A stretch of 64,000 bases of DNA from Chrysomallon squamiferum (lineage: Eukaryota; Animalia; Mollusca). The translations under genes and the position numbers were made by a program. Of this stretch, positions 48,573 to 64,000 are shown piece by piece. The DNA is taken from NCBI GenBank assembly GCA_012295275.1, contig CM022667.1, positions 15,004,001-15,068,000 of the forward strand, given 5' to 3'. Numbering within the stretch: the first letter of the stretch is position 1; every line of letters begins with the position of its first letter. The notes beneath the pieces are model-generated. The model had not been told where the DNA came from. It saw only the letters and a program-made list of their open reading frames with translations, and made no database searches.

Positions 48573-49291
48573 TCATACATACATACATTTATAATATTTA
48601 TGACTATTTATAATATCATGATGACTATGTGTCTGATTAAGAATAGTTGTGGTACAACTTAAATGACTGGTGTAATTAACTTATTTGTATCACACATGCA
48701 CAGAACTTGCATTACTTTATCATCTTTACTGGATGCATATGTAACTAAACCCAATTCATGTACTTATAGAATGCAGAGAGAGGGAACAAATAATTATAAG
48801 GGAAATAACTCAAAAAGAATAATCTAAAAAGGTGAATTAAGATAAACTAGCTAATTAACTTATTAACTTACAGCAATAACAGTTAAGCTCCACTAAAGTT
48901 CTGTAAACAGTATTGGTGACTGTTATATAATAAAGAGTAACATTCATTCTTTATAACTCATCACATAAACATCAGCTGAAGGAAACCAAATACTATTTGA
49001 AAAATAAATGTATGTGCAGCTTGTATTCTCTGTCTGATAAACTTAACAGAGAAATAAAACATTGTGAAGTAACATCTCACACTTAATCTTGCCTCCAACA
49101 GAAATCAGATTAATATGTGTGTGTGTGTGTTATTGTTTTTTCTTTTTTCAGTAATGAGTTACATTTTTAAATCAATCAGTAATTAATAAATGAAGGTGAT
49201 AAAAAAAAAAAGTAAGAAAGAAAAAGAAGCTGAAAAAGAAAAAAGAAACAAAACAGGACTTTACGATGATAATGACAAGGACAAAAATAGT

Positions 49292-49332
<41 letters not shown>

Positions 49333-50640
49333 TAATAACAATAATAATGATAATCATTAATAAATAAATAAACAAATAAACAGAAAATGTCTGCCTGTAC
49401 TTCTCTGCAATCTTCCTTGCTGGATGTGACTCACAAAGCCAGTAGACGATGATGAATTTAGGTCATATATCTATATAAAACAACTTCACCCGTTACACTA
49501 AAGTGATTCCCATGTAGATGTATTATTTTATTTATTATTTTAAATTAAACTGTTTTGTTTTTAATATTTCGTTATTAATTAATACTAATTTCTCTATAAT
49601 AATAATAATAATAGAAAGAACAATTTGCAGATTCTCCACACACAGAAATGTTTGTTTTTATCTGTTTATTGTTCAATGTTCAAAACTCAGAGTGAAAACT
49701 TCACAGGGGTAAAAAAGTATTAGTACCTAACACTGAACTAGACTTGCTACAAAATAAAAAGTCAAATTCATGAATGAAAAATATATCCTTTATATTCATT
49801 ATTATTATTATTATTATTCACATCTTTGGAACACCAGACAGATAATATATCATTTTGGAAATCTCTAAATGTGACAATGATATACATACAATAAACTATT
49901 TTTAAAAAATTAGGAGAAACATAAAAAAAAACAAAAAAAAACAACTAAATAAATAAATTGGACAGTCACATTCACTGCTCAACACAAAAACTCTCCATTA
50001 AAATATATTTTTAATAATGGCCAAATTTTATTTTTTGTAATAAAAAATAATAAACACCTGCAAAGAAATAAAGTCTATTCTTTCCTATCGCGTACCTGTG
50101 TGACCTTGACCAATGAGTTTTTATTTTAAAATGTAACAGACAAAACTGAGTATTAATAATAAACGTTTCATTCTCAAATATTTACCAAATCAACTGATAT
50201 CGTACTATTTATCTTTGATTTAATGTCTGAATTCATCGCAATAATGTAATTTAATACATAATTTCATTTAATGAAAACAATAAATTTAACAATAAAATAA
50301 CTTTAATCTTTCACGATCCCTTGTAAAAAGTGTGAAGATATTCCACCTAAAAATTTACAACAGAAATAATAATTTCAAAAACAAAACACAACAAAAAAAG
50401 AAAAGAAAAAAAGAGACAAAAACAAGAACAAAATCATCTAATAAATATAACTGTAATAAGGAATAGCCAAACAGATATTTTATTTTATTTTATTTTTTAT
50501 ATAAATAAACAACAATCACTAAAAAAAAAAAAAAAAAAAAGTTTTTAAGTTTTCCTTACCTGCAATAGAAACGGAAGCAAATAAATAGTAAATAGTTACT
50601 TAGTTACTACAAAAAAGAATACAGTGTAAGCTGTCCTTAC

Positions 50641-50745
50641 CTGCAGCAGAAACTCGAAACTTGTCAACTAACGAAGTGACCCAAATTCTTCGCCGTCTGC
50701 TCGCATTCCCGGCAAGGAAGTCTACTGGTCCGGAAAGACATTTGT
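50641..50745 (-). promoter_or_regulatory. Putative non-coding first exon / promoter-proximal region of copy B
   Basis: CTGCAG|gtaagg donor at 50641 (alternative at 50560), local GC enrichment, and the end of the duplicated homology. Homologous donors near 23720, 23790 and 31507. Confidence 0.4.
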
Positions 50746-50801
50746 TTTTTTTTTGAAATTATTTATTTATTTATTTACTTACGTTTTTTTATTTATTTAT
50801 T

Positions 50802-50853
<52 letters not shown>

Positions 50854-51843
50854 GTATTTTCATTCGTACTTGACATTGCCATCAACATCTTCTTGTTGTT
50901 GTTTTTTTTTTACTTTTTTTAGCTTCTACTTCTTTTTCTTTCTTCCTTTTTTTTCTTTCTTTCTTCCTTTCTTCCTTCTTTCGTCGTCTTTTATATTTAT
51001 TAATTGCTGATTGATTAAAAATCCTTGTTTTATTCGTTCGCTAGATAATTAAACACATTATTAAAAAGGGGGGGGAGAATGTATAAACGGCAAAGAAAGG
51101 CCTCTGAGGAAAATTACCTAATTACTTGTAAAGAGAAATGTTTTGTGTTATCGTACTGTTCAGATTACATTTTCCTATCGCGGCTGTTTACGCCAAGTTT
51201 TGTTTTCTCGGATAAATAGTAAATTTCCACCATTAACGTCTATTTTTGCTCTTTTTGTTAATAGCAAAACAAATTAGGAATGGATTTTCTTTTTTTTTTT
51301 TTTTTTTTTTTTGGCGGGGCTTCTTCTTTACCCCTAGAATAAGTTACATTTATTTATTTTTATTTCTGTTATTTTGGTTTTCTTTCTTTGCTTCTTTCGT
51401 TTCCGAAGTGGTAATGGTAGTAGTAATAACATTAACATTAATGCTGGTTTTACTGTAGCAATAGTTGTAGTAGTTGTTGTCATCGTTTTCGTTGTAGTTA
51501 CGGTGGCAGTAATGATGGTATTAGTAGCAGTATTAGTAACATCAGTAGTAACAGTACACCATATTAGTAGTTGTTCTTGTGTAATAATAGTGGTAGTGGT
51601 AGTAGTCGGTAATAGATTGTTCAGTAGTAAATAACTGTAACAGTAAAAGTTGTAGTTGCTACAATTACCGACGTAGTCGTCAACAGTTATTAAGTTCACG
51701 TATTCTTTTAAAGTTTATTGAATTAGCTATTTTGAGCGTGTTTAAACTAAATAAAATATTATATTTTGTACATTTTTGTATAAATGATTTAATGACTTAG
51801 CTGCTAACACTAAAATGCCTATGTTGCTAATACTGCAAAAGAA

Positions 51844-51900
<57 letters not shown>

Positions 51901-52252
51901 TTTTAAGAAGTAAATAAAAATAAAATTATCATGTTTGTTCCATATTATAAGACTTTGTTACGCATATAAATATTTTAAAGAGACTTAAAACAACAACAAC
52001 AACACCAAAAACGATAAAACACTAAAATAATAAATAAATAAATAAATAAATAATATTATAACGTGGAATTCATGTTATTTTCCCTTATGTATGTTGATAA
52101 ATAGAATCAGATTTGTCTTCTTTCCTCTTGGTTTTCATAATTTAGTAGAACTTATTTAAACATTTTCACAATGATAATTATATCCAATATCTGTAATATG
52201 TTAATGATTAATAAAAAATAAAAAAAATTAAAAAAAATAAATCGATCGCTAA

Positions 52253-52309
<57 letters not shown>

Positions 52310-52310
<1 letters not shown>

Positions 52311-52641
52311 TTTGGCTCGTAAAGAAATGAAGAAAATAAAACTTTACATTTTATTTATTTATTTGTTTGTTTTAATATTGTCTTTTTCGTCCATAAAATA
52401 TAATGCTAATGTACAAGTTTGTTCACATATACCTGAAAGACTGAGTATCCATCATTAACTACCTTTTACGTCACGATTGAAATTTAATACATTATTTCAG
52501 TTTTCGGCAAGTAGTTGGCATATTTTCAACGATACTGCTACTGTTGTTACTACTGCTATACAAATGCTGCAGCTACTACTACATATATTACAAAAACTAC
52601 TAATTTCATTATCACGAGTGTAAATTTGTGTGTGTACGTAA

Positions 52642-52697
<56 letters not shown>

Positions 52698-53045
52698 TGA
52701 TTATTATTTTGGCTCATAAAGAAATGAAGAAAATAAAACTGTACAGTTTACTTACTTTTTTTTTTTTTTTTTTTTTTATTTTCTTTTTCTTTATTAAAAT
52801 ATAATACTAACGTACAAGTTTGTTCACATATACCTGAAAGACTGAGTATCCATCATTAACTAGCTTTTACGTCACGATTGATATTTAATACATTATATCA
52901 GTTTTCGGCAAGTAGATGGCATATTTTCAACGACACTGCTACTGTTGTTACTACTGCTATAAAAAATGCTGCAGCTGCTGCTACATCTATTACAACAACA
53001 ACTAATTTCATTATCATGAGTGTAAATTTGTACGTGTGTACGTAA
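52310..53045. repeat. ~400-bp direct tandem duplication
   Basis: ttggctc(g/a)taaagaaatgaagaaaataaaact…gtgtaaatttgt starts at ~52312 and ~52709. Confidence 0.85.
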
Positions 53046-53279
53046 TTTTTAAAGCGCGAACAAATCAAACGTTTTATCGTGCATATCAACGGATATGAAA
53101 CCGTGTTAAACAAAATATATTTCTGTGTGTGTCTGTGTGTATGTGCACGTCTCTCTCTCTCTCTTGTGTGTATATGCATGTGTCACCCTGCAAATAAATT
53201 GAAGGGAGGTAACCGCTGGCGTTTTGATTAACAATAAAATCTCGAGTAAGTACTGCCGCTACATGTGCATGTATATATG

Positions 53280-53363
<84 letters not shown>

Positions 53364-53389
53364 TGTGTATTTATATAGATATATACATA

Positions 53390-53443
<54 letters not shown>

Positions 53444-53734
53444 TTTAGGAGCAGATCTACATTGTCTCTCATTTAGCAGTAAAATGAAATATACATAAAA
53501 ACTGAGACAAGATTATTGTTTTTGTTTTCATTACTTTCACGTTTTTATTTATTATTGTGAATATTTCTTTGCATGTGTCTAAATAAATAAAAAAGAAACA
53601 ATATTCAAATATATCATGCGTAAATATTTATAGTTCGTTTGTTAGAAATAAATAAATAAATAAATATTATTTTCCTTTCCAATCAGGTCCTAATAAATAG
53701 CAGACACACACACATATCTATCTATCTATCTATT

Positions 53735-53778
<44 letters not shown>

Positions 53779-54833
53779 CCGTCTTTATTACTGTTCACTG
53801 CTGTAAATCAATAACTAAATTTCATGGAATAAGCGGAGATCCTGAATTTTCACTGTACGTCAGTTTTACACGTGTCAACTAGTAGCTGTCAGATTCAGAT
53901 ATGTTGAATTGTCTCTATTGGAAATGTCATTTCTTTGTTATTGCTATTTCTGTCAAATAAAACACACGAAATGTTGAATTATCCCGTAGTGGACATAGAA
54001 GTGATATTTGTTTGTCCCTTCTTGTAAAGAATTATTAAATTTTTTATTTTTTTTTCCACAGGACGTGAAATCACAGTTTATTTTGCAGTAGAAGAGCAAG
54101 AAAAAAAAAAAAAAAGAAAAAAGAAAATGTAGCAGTTTCACACCCAAACACAAATATCGACATATATTCAACAAAGTTAATGGTGTTTGTATACGTGTGT
54201 ATACTTATATACCTATGTTTTTAATAATATATTCATTTTATTTAAGCTAAATTAACTACAATACATATTACAAAAAAACAAAAAAAACATCTGTATACCT
54301 GTCTGTCTGTGTGTGTGTGTGTGCGTAGATACGTGTGAATATGTGTTTGTATGCGTGTATGTATGTGTGTAAAGTTTAATATTTCATTAAGCACACACAC
54401 ACATTAATAAAGTTTTACAATATATATATACACACACACCCATATGAGTGTGTGCGTGTGCGCGTATATGTGTGAATGTGTGTGTATTCAATCGGTCTCT
54501 GTCACTGTGTATATATCTATATAAATACATACATACATACATACATACATACATACATACATACATAGATACATACATCATACATACATCCATATATCAT
54601 ACATGATATATATATATACTTATCAGTGCTAATTGTTCTCTAATACTAAATGTAATCACCCTTGAAAATAATACAACAGATGCATTAAATTACAAATTAA
54701 ATAGGAAAGGTTCACTATCCGTTTTCGAATAAGATGTTAATTATAGAAGTCTTTTCTTTGTAATTTGGTACTTGAAATACTGAAATATAATTCAAACTAT
54801 AAAGAAAAATAGAGCGAGACAGAAATACGATGC

Positions 54834-54865
<32 letters not shown>

Positions 54866-55066
54866 ATAATTTCCTGCAGTGCTCAACACCATTGGTTGGG
54901 CTAAGATCGGGGAATCCCCGTTATATTCCGTGTCTCTTTCGGGTCAATTCATTGTATTACCGATTAATCATGTTTTACTAGTTTTATCTTCTATCTTTAT
55001 TATTTTTTATTTTATTTATTTATTTTTTTTTTTGTTCTTCTTCTCCTTTTTTCAAATTTTTTTTTT

Positions 55067-55100
<34 letters not shown>

Positions 55101-55852
55101 TTTTTTTTTTTTTTTTTTTTTTTTTCATGTTATTAGTGTTATTCTTTTTCCTGTCGTTGTTCGTCTTCTTTTTAATACTATCACAACGACAACAACAACA
55201 ACTACAACTACAACAACAACAACAACAACAACAATAATAATATAATCATCGACGTTGTCCTGGAGTTTGTTTATTTATTTACACGGGTCGGGGAACCTAC
55301 GTGTTTCAACAAAGACACGAACCGGGAACCTAAATGTCTTCAGACCAATGATTTAACTCTTAACGAGCGATCAACGCATCCTTGTAACCTAACCACAGCT
55401 TTGAAAAAGAAAAAAAAAACCTCGCATGCGCTATATATATGTACAAGACACGACAGTTTGATTATACACCAGGAAGCGAACGCGAGAGCTATTTTACTTC
55501 CTTGTTCTATTTATAAATCTGTAATATCGATAGAATGAAGGTTGGTTCTGCTCAGTCAAACTGTTAACGTTGAGACGAAGGCAATGGTTTCGAAACACAC
55601 GCGTACGTACACGCGTATGTAACGCACGAAGATAAAGAGGGTATACAAGTGTCGTTGTTCTCGTTCTCTGGTTTCAAAGTTAGTAGTAATGCGAATTACG
55701 GAGACGGAGAATATTTTGACTGTGTCGCTGACGATTAACGCCTGCACGTTGTGTTGTATAGGATGCGGGCGCTTGGTGGATTTCGTCTCCACGAGATACA
55801 AAGAGAGATTTAAATGTGTGTCGCATCTCGCTGATTTACATGCACGAAAACC

Positions 55853-55870
55853 ATGGCTGTTTGGAAAAAT
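55853..55870 (+). CDS. Possible first coding exon of an unrelated plus-strand gene (MAVWKN)
   Basis: AAAACCATGG Kozak context then AAT|gtaagt donor. Upstream CpG-richer stretch with TATAAA (~55512) and TCAGT (~55552). No downstream exon identified. Confidence 0.3.
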
Positions 55871-55954
55871 GTAAGTTATTTTGTTTATAGTTTGCGTGTT
55901 TACAGTCATGTAACGTTATTTGTTTGATAACTGAGTTTTAAAGTTACGTTAAAA

Positions 55955-56045
<91 letters not shown>

Positions 56046-56582
56046 TTTTATTTCTGTTATTCTCTTTCTATCATTCTCGTTTTTTCTTTCTCTCTTTCTT
56101 TTTTCTTTCTCATTCTCGGTTTATTTATTACTCTTAATTATTTATTACTCTCATTCTCTTTCTAGCACTCTCGTTTTTTTTATTTCTCCCTTTCTTTTTC
56201 TCTCTCTCTCGCTCACTCGCTGGCTCTATCCGGTTAATATATATATATATATATATATATATAACTATATTAGTAAGCACACGAAATCATATCAATTTGT
56301 GTTCACTGGAAAGATTATTTAGAATTTATATTCAAAAGAAATATATCAGGCGGATTTTGCTGGGTGTTTTTTTCCCACTGTCAGGTAAAATTGAAAAGCA
56401 CGACGATAACGTTACCTACTTCTGTGTAGTCAGTGAGATACACACAGTTCACTAGACTGATAAAAATCTTTAGTTTACAAAACAGAGCGACAACAGAATG
56501 AGAATAGGTTTCGTTAGAGACTTCATCTTTCAGTTAATACAAAAATTATCAGTCATTTAAGAAGTAAAATTCCATGGAAATC

Positions 56583-56615
<33 letters not shown>

Positions 56616-56842
56616 TGTATGTATGTATGTATGTATGTATGTATGTATGTATGTATGTGTGTGTGTGTGTATGTGTGTGTGCGTGTTTGTATATATATAT
56701 ATGTTTGTATGAAAGATATAATTATATATATATATTTCAAACGCATGCACACATATGACATGTTTGTATGTATGCATGATCTCAAACAAAATTTATATAT
56801 ATCGCAAACTCATATACGTCTTTATTACTTACAGTTGGGCTT

Positions 56843-56873
<31 letters not shown>

Positions 56874-57599
56874 CTACAACAACAACAACAAAACAGCAGC
56901 AGCAGCAGCAGCAGCAACAACAACAATAACAATATGATACAAAGGAACACCTTTTCATCTATAAACAATAATGTATCGCAGTTGTCTGCGTTAATCCTGA
57001 ACATTTACCCCGTGGGGGTCTAGTCTGACCCCCCCCCCATAGAATAAATAACAACGACGTTTTTTACAATCCTCTGTCAGTTAAAATATAATTGAATAGG
57101 ATGTCTTGTAAACCTTGAACCGTATCGAATAACAAAAAGAATAATCCAAAAATTACTTTTATTCTTCGGCTGTATTCAGTATATATATCTTATATACAGG
57201 TGTTCCTTATACACGAATATAAATTAAGATTCTTTATTATTAAGGACTGCTTAGTATATTATAAAGCATGAACAGTGCCTACTTGTGTTCAGAATACTAA
57301 TTTTGCTTAGTACTATACAGCATGAATAGTGTCTACTTATCTTCAGAATAATAATTTTAAAGGAAAGCTATAGCAGAACTGAATAATCATAACCATCACA
57401 TTCAATGAAAATGCTAGGGTGTGATCGTGTCGACAAAAATTAACATAATGTGGCTGTCACTTAAAAACATGTTTGTTTGTTAGAAACCAATTGTCAGAGG
57501 CAAACTAGAGGGTTAAATAAATTAGTATAACGAGATGGTGTTTTGTTGGTTTTCAACGTTAAGATTTATGTTAGTTTGTTAGAGATAAAACGTAACGGG

Positions 57600-57910
57600 A
57601 TTAAATAAATTGTTAGAGATATCAACGAACGATTTGCGTTTTGTTGGTTTTAACTGGAAATGTTAATTTGTTAGGGATATCAACGTAACGAGATTTGTTG
57701 ATTTGTTAGAGATGTCAACGTAACTGGAAATGTTAATTTGTTAGAGATATCAACGTAACGAGATTTGTTGATTTGTTAGAGATATCAACGTAACGAGATT
57801 TGATGATTTGTTACACATATCAACGTAACTGGAAATGTTAATTTGTTAGAGATATCAGTGTAAAGAGAGACTTGTTATATTGTTAGAGATATTAACAGGA
57901 GTTGTTAGTT
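57600..57910. repeat. ~31-34-bp minisatellite
   Basis: Repeated ttgttagagatatcaacgtaac(gagatttg/tggaaatg) units. Confidence 0.85.
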
Positions 57911-59714
57911 TGTTAAATATAAATAAACATAAAATTGAGCGATTTCTTATAATCTGGTATCAACTGTCAAGTACTTGTTTAACAACTCCACCAGGACACG
58001 TAAACTGACTTTGCAAGTCAAACACTTTTATTACCACACCACTAGAGAATATCGATTCATGTATTTTATCGATATTAAATGCCAAATATTTGTTTAACAG
58101 AAGAAATACAGAACATTAATTCATGTTCTATCTGTGGCTGTCGCAATGCTAAACCACTAGACTGCATTAATTCATTTAAAATCGACCACAGATTTGACCT
58201 CTCACTCATAAATTACCTACACACTCTTCAGAGTATGCGCGCTTTATTTATCTATCACCGGAGCGATATCTTTAATAAGAGGTAATAAAATAGACAGCGT
58301 GAACACTGACAATAAACTGTTGAACACGGGCTGGTATATGAGACAAACCTCGACGAGAAATCAAAACTAAGAAACGTTATGAAGCAGTTTTTCCCGAACG
58401 CGGATGTGGGATAGGCGACACGTGATCGTTGAAACACAATAAACTGTTTATTTGTGTACTATTTATTTACTTTTTTTCTTCTTCTCAGAAATAGGGAGAA
58501 TAAAACGGCCACTGTCTTCAGATATTCGAGAAAGTTCACGTCACAGCGCACCCCTGTTTTTGGAAATCCGTGAGAGCCACGAGTGACCACTGGTTTTCCG
58601 TTCCGCTGTGGTTAAAAACGTAATTTACGAGTGCAATGCACCGGGCTCGTATCCGGTTAACGGATATCATTTCGATCTATTGCGTTGACGAATTTCCTGA
58701 AGTGACAAACAGGAATTGCTAATCCTGTATTTATATTTTTTCATGTTAAAAAAAAAATAAAATAAATAAAAAATAAAAAAAAAAAAAAACCATCAGATAA
58801 ACATTGAAATTTGACGACAGTAACCCAGTTTAGGAGTGTACGTCTAAATAGATGTAACAGGGAATATTCTCTGTCTTATCTGATCAGACTTTACAATATT
58901 CAAAAACGCACAAAGACAAGACAAACAAATCCAGACACGACCTCACAAACGTCAGATACCGCTGATACGACTCGAACATACGGCGAGCCTGTCAACAGAC
59001 GTATAATTGTATTATTACTATAACTAGCTTGTAGCAGGATTCAGCGGCCTCGAACGTCATTATTTTAACATTGCATTTTCTAATTAAGATGTCTGTTTGT
59101 CTGTGCAGCGTGTGCCTGATGTTAATAGCTGCTGTAGTAGGTTGACCTAAGGTTGGAAACAGAAACGGGTCGAGTTATGGGAGTGTGTTTGTTTTCAGTA
59201 ATTGATAAATACGTGGTTGATGGGCGGTATCTGTTTATTTCAAGTAACTGCATGATTAAAGTTAATGTGTATTAACACGTTATGTCCGCGACATCAAGTA
59301 TATAGTTATAATGATGCTTCACTTACAGAAAACTAAACAAATTAATTATGTGTGTATATTGTCTGCGCATCCCGCCCTGCCATACAACACGCGCGAACAC
59401 ACACATGCACACACAAACAGACACATTTGTCTTCCTAATCCTGTTTTTCAATGAATTTTTTTTTCTTAAAGAAAGAAAGAGGTAACAACCCACTCATGAC
59501 TGTACAAAAGGCAGACATTATTTGTTGGGTGTGGTGTAATGAACAGTCAACCATGTGTTTACGTGTGAGCAGGTGCGTTGGTGCGTACGGATCGTTATCT
59601 TATTTAAATGTTTAATTGCGTATAACTTAATTATGGGAGGTGCATATATGTATAAATAATTTATAATTTTGTCAAATTATTTATGCTGTTAAATTATTTA
59701 TGCTGTTAAATTCT

Positions 59715-59816
<102 letters not shown>

Positions 59817-60628
59817 ACGTATGTTATTGAGGTAACGAAAAAAACAAAGAACAACAAAATAAATAAAATAATTATACAGTTTTTCTGTTACTACGATCAA
59901 ATATAATTCTTGTCATCTTCATTATCGTCGCTGCTGATGTAGTCGTAGTATCAGTAGTCTTCGTGCTTGTCGTTGCTGTTTTTAATAATAATTAGCATAA
60001 CCATAGTAATAAAGTTATCGTAATTATCATCACATTAATGATGATTGCCGTCATCTCAATACAGTCATAAGTATTTGATGTTGTCACCTTTAATAAATAT
60101 ATTTACTATTGCAGTCAGTATCATAACAATGAACGTCAACGTCATCGTCATCTTTGTCAAATCATCATGCTCATCACTAAAACATCACCATCACCAACAG
60201 CAGTTATATGACCAACATCTTCCTTCTGTTTCTTATGGTGGTGATTTTTTATTTATTTATTTTTTTTTTTTTATTTTTTCTCACCGTGTCACCTTTCTGT
60301 AACGAGTGTTATTTTGTTATGCTGACATAAAACACCGGTAATGAACTGTGTGGGTGAAATTATTCAAATAACCACCGCGTTAGGTTACCTTATTACAAAA
60401 AAAAAAAAAAAAAAAAAAGAGAGTCATTTGAAGATTTAATGGCTTAAAAAAGATCTCCTGTTTTTTTAATAAGCAGTTCTTATACATTTTCAACGCTGTT
60501 ACCATGGTAGCACGCGCATTTCCGAATTATTAAAGATACATTTTGTAGAATAATAAAGGGATTTTATAAAAATAAAAATAAATAGTTTCAAGTGTTTACA
60601 TGTTTTAGTCTCTCTCTCTCTCTCTGTT

Positions 60629-60694
<66 letters not shown>

Positions 60695-60767
60695 AATCTA
60701 TCTATCTATATATATATATATATATATATATACAGAGCATACATACATATATATATATATATATTTC

Positions 60768-60835
<68 letters not shown>

Positions 60836-61898
60836 AGCTAATTCGAAATAAGCGTTGTATGCATGTATATACATTCATACATATTAATTTATTTTTCGTA
60901 AATCTTTCATTTTTCTTTAATGTGTTTGACCTTTATAAACTCATTCTTCATGTTTTTTTTTTTTTTTCTCACTGTTTCCTCATAGGTTTTATTATTATTT
61001 ATAACAGAGAGAACATGAAATATATTTATCATTAAAATACACCAAACGACTAAGAAAAAGTGAGAAAAATAAATGAACTAACGATCGACGAATGAAGTTA
61101 TTTTTGTTTTCTTTCTTTCATAGTAGGAGCGTGAATTTTATGTTTGTTTCTCTAACCGTTTTAATTTTTTAATAATATGCAACATGATATCTAGAATCCT
61201 CCAGAATTCGTCAAAATCGCTACAAAATTATGTGTTTGTATCGAACGGTGGTAGTATAATTTCGTAAAATTAATGGCTTCCGATTTCAGCCAATCAGAAA
61301 TGAAGTAGCTGTTTCTGCTTTATTGATAATCCACAAAACAAAGTCTTGCGATATCCATGTGTATAATTCAGCGTAAACAACAACAACAACAATAATAATA
61401 ATAATAGTTATTTATGATGATGATGATGACGGCGAAACAGTAAGAATAAGAAAAAGAACGACAACAACAACAGCAACGGTGATGACGACGATGATGATGA
61501 CAACAATATATTACTTCTACTGACAAGTGGTATCATTACGACAGCTGATATTATTAAAACACAAAATACCACTTACAACAACAACAACCATTATTATAAT
61601 AACAACAATACCAATAACAGCAGCAGCAGAAGAAGACAACAATAGTAACAACAACCACTACTACTAATAATGATGATGTTAATCATAGTGACGGTGATGA
61701 TGGTGGTTGCTACTCGTTTTTACGCCTCCATGCACGCCATACCTCTGTCTAATACTTCAGTAATTCTACACTGTAAGAAAAGAAAACGGAAGGAATACTC
61801 TGTTATCACGTGTTTAAAGAGTATGGTATTAAATAACGTCAAACGATTGTGTGTAACGTCATCAGAATTCGTGGGTGATACCGGATTCCCTGATACTT

Positions 61899-61934
<36 letters not shown>

Positions 61935-62310
61935 CTATTTTCATTTCTTTCTTTCATTTAATTATTTATCATTTCATTTCCTTCTTTTCATTTTAATTTT
62001 TTTTAATTTTTACTTTTTATTTTGTTGAAGTTGAAGTACATAGAGAGGAGAAAAAAAAATAAAGAAATTTTATCGAATTTTGTTTTATTTTAACTTTTTA
62101 AAAGTTTCCCCTCCTTGATTTTTACCTTGATTGTAATAGTCCTAGACGTCGTAGTAGTTGTAGTAACATTATTGCATAGTATACATAGTAGTAGCAGTGG
62201 TAGTCGTATTCACAGCAGTAGTAGCAGAATAGTAATGCAGCGACAGCAGCTACAGGAAAAACAGCTGCAGGAGTATTTTGTCTTTATCGTGTACACTAAT
62301 GGAATTTCAC

Positions 62311-62347
<37 letters not shown>

Positions 62348-62831
62348 GTTAGTCGACTGATTGCAGCGGCCGGTTCTTTGAACCCGAAACCAGATCGATG
62401 AGCTTAAGATTTTTCTTTTGTTAGAGTCTATCGATCACTGCTGTAGACAGGGTCAGTGAACCCAGCTTGAAGTTACTTCCGCGTTCAACAATAACAAGGG
62501 TGGTACCACAATCGATGGGAGGTTGATGTGACGGCGAAGATATTAGACTGGAAGGGTGAACCAAAGGGAACGGATTGTAGGATCGCTTGAACTGGAAATG
62601 TATTGGAAAGCGTTTGTATGTTGTATGTTGTTAAATGCAGATGCCGTGTTTTATAAAAGAGATAAGAATATGCAAAGAGCAATAGATGAAGGACAGACAG
62701 GTAGATACAGAGAGAGAGAGATGAGAAGGAAAACGAGAAAGAGAATAGAAAAACGAAAGAGACAGAAAGGAAAAACGAAAGAGACAGAAATAGAAAGAGA
62801 TAGCGAGAGAGATATAAAGAGATACAGAGGG

Positions 62832-62963
<132 letters not shown>

Positions 62964-64000
62964 GGATATAAGAAGATCACAGAATATCGAAGAAATAACA
63001 TCGGAGAGTGATGAAAACAAATTTTACGGAAACAACTGCTAATTGTTTTCTCCTTTCTTTTGTATGTTACCTCTGCTAAATTCACAGAACTGAATGATTG
63101 AACAACTACACATTATTCACGGTGCTGAAGTTTGATATTCATCAATGTATATACTAGTCTGTGTTGGTGCAGTAAAGTAATTCTGTTCGATATTTGTTTT
63201 ATAAACGTAATAAATGTATGTTTCTGTATGCTGTATGCAGTGAACAGACGCTGGCACGATTTCCTCGACTTAGATAACAGGCCATTAAACAGGCTTACAG
63301 AGGGAAAACATTATCGGCTTTAAAAGTGTTTTAATTTGCACATTTTAAACAGAGTTTCCTTGTGTAGTTCTCGTTTCCGTTTTTTTTTTGTTTTTTTTTT
63401 TTTTTTTCTATTTGCAGTTATTTTTTATTTTTATGGACGTTTTAAATATATATGTGTATTTAAAATGATAAATAGAATATGTCTCTTTTATCTCTAAGCG
63501 GTTTTTTTTTTTTTTTTTTTTAGTGGTTATGTATGTAAATAATTGCATGCGTCGAAAGACTGGAACAGAGGGTGAAAGAAAGAGAGAAAAAGATATGATA
63601 AATCTGAAGATAGTCGAAAAGACAGAAACACACATACACACAGAGAGACAGACAGACAGTGATGATAGACTCACACACACGTTATCTTATTAAACAATAC
63701 CACAATTCAATGTTCAGTATCTAGTTATTAAAAACAAGTCTAGTACATTCATATTCAGGAAGTTCTTTTGACTAATCTCAGTGCTGACACACAGACACAA
63801 AAAACGCGTGTGTCGTGATTAGTTCAGTCCTTTTTTTTTCTTTTCATAATAGCTTTTTTATCCGTTGACCCACAAAATGAAAAGATTACAGACAGCACAA
63901 CACAGACTATATAATGATACATACAATGCAGCTGTATACAATGACGAAAAAGCTAGACATAGAGAATTATAATTATGTATCAAAATATTCCTGTGGCTTA

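Larger units (their letters stand above)
620..50680. repeat. Large tandem segmental duplication (unit ~20-30 kb) containing the NLR-like gene
   Basis: Colinear anchors: 1050~31610, 2040~32590, 4030~34700, 7500~37320, 8600~38150, 19865~43984, 21449~45351, 22600~47250. Confidence 0.9.

Noticed and set aside
56991-57516. TTAA-flanked piggyBac/Kolobok-like MITE (ttaaTCCT…AGGGttaa with a ggggtc…gacccc hairpin)
   Set aside because: Terminal match is only a few bases and there is a single copy in the window; insufficient support.

Overview
AT-rich, microsatellite-rich animal genomic DNA with spliceosomal introns (a lophotrochozoan/mollusc-like origin is my inference). About 0-51 kb is a tandem segmental duplication carrying two minus-strand paralogues of an NLR-like gene, plus what appears to be the 5' flank of a third copy left of the window. 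Each gene has three small, phase-compatible 5' coding exons and one giant exon. The giant exon encodes a STAND P-loop NTPase resembling nSTAND3 (GSPGSGKTT, VVLIDDIFG, IITLR, GFP, FIHQS), a helical linker and an ankyrin array: about 75-80 repeats in copy A and about 25-30 in copy B. The predicted ~75-aa N-terminus has no folded effector domain. Instead a separate 117-nt exon encodes a RHIM/cRHIM-like motif (LTVSNSKNVVLGNQVVEI in A; RTVSNSRNVVFGDQVVEI in B). This amyloid-motif + STAND + hypervariable-repeat layout parallels fungal amyloid-signalling NLRs and is the main candidate novel system. The ankyrin array is built from two-repeat modules with variable loop inserts, amplified by recent near-identical duplications of 468, 657, 705 and ~1167 bp. 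Both copies have apparent lesions that may be assembly errors. An ISL2EU-like (AT TSD, SWIM-finger gene) transposon with a nested Tigger/pogo remnant sits in the 5' region of copy A and of the third copy; the empty site is visible in copy B. The last ~13 kb is mostly simple repeats, with a possible first exon of a plus-strand gene.
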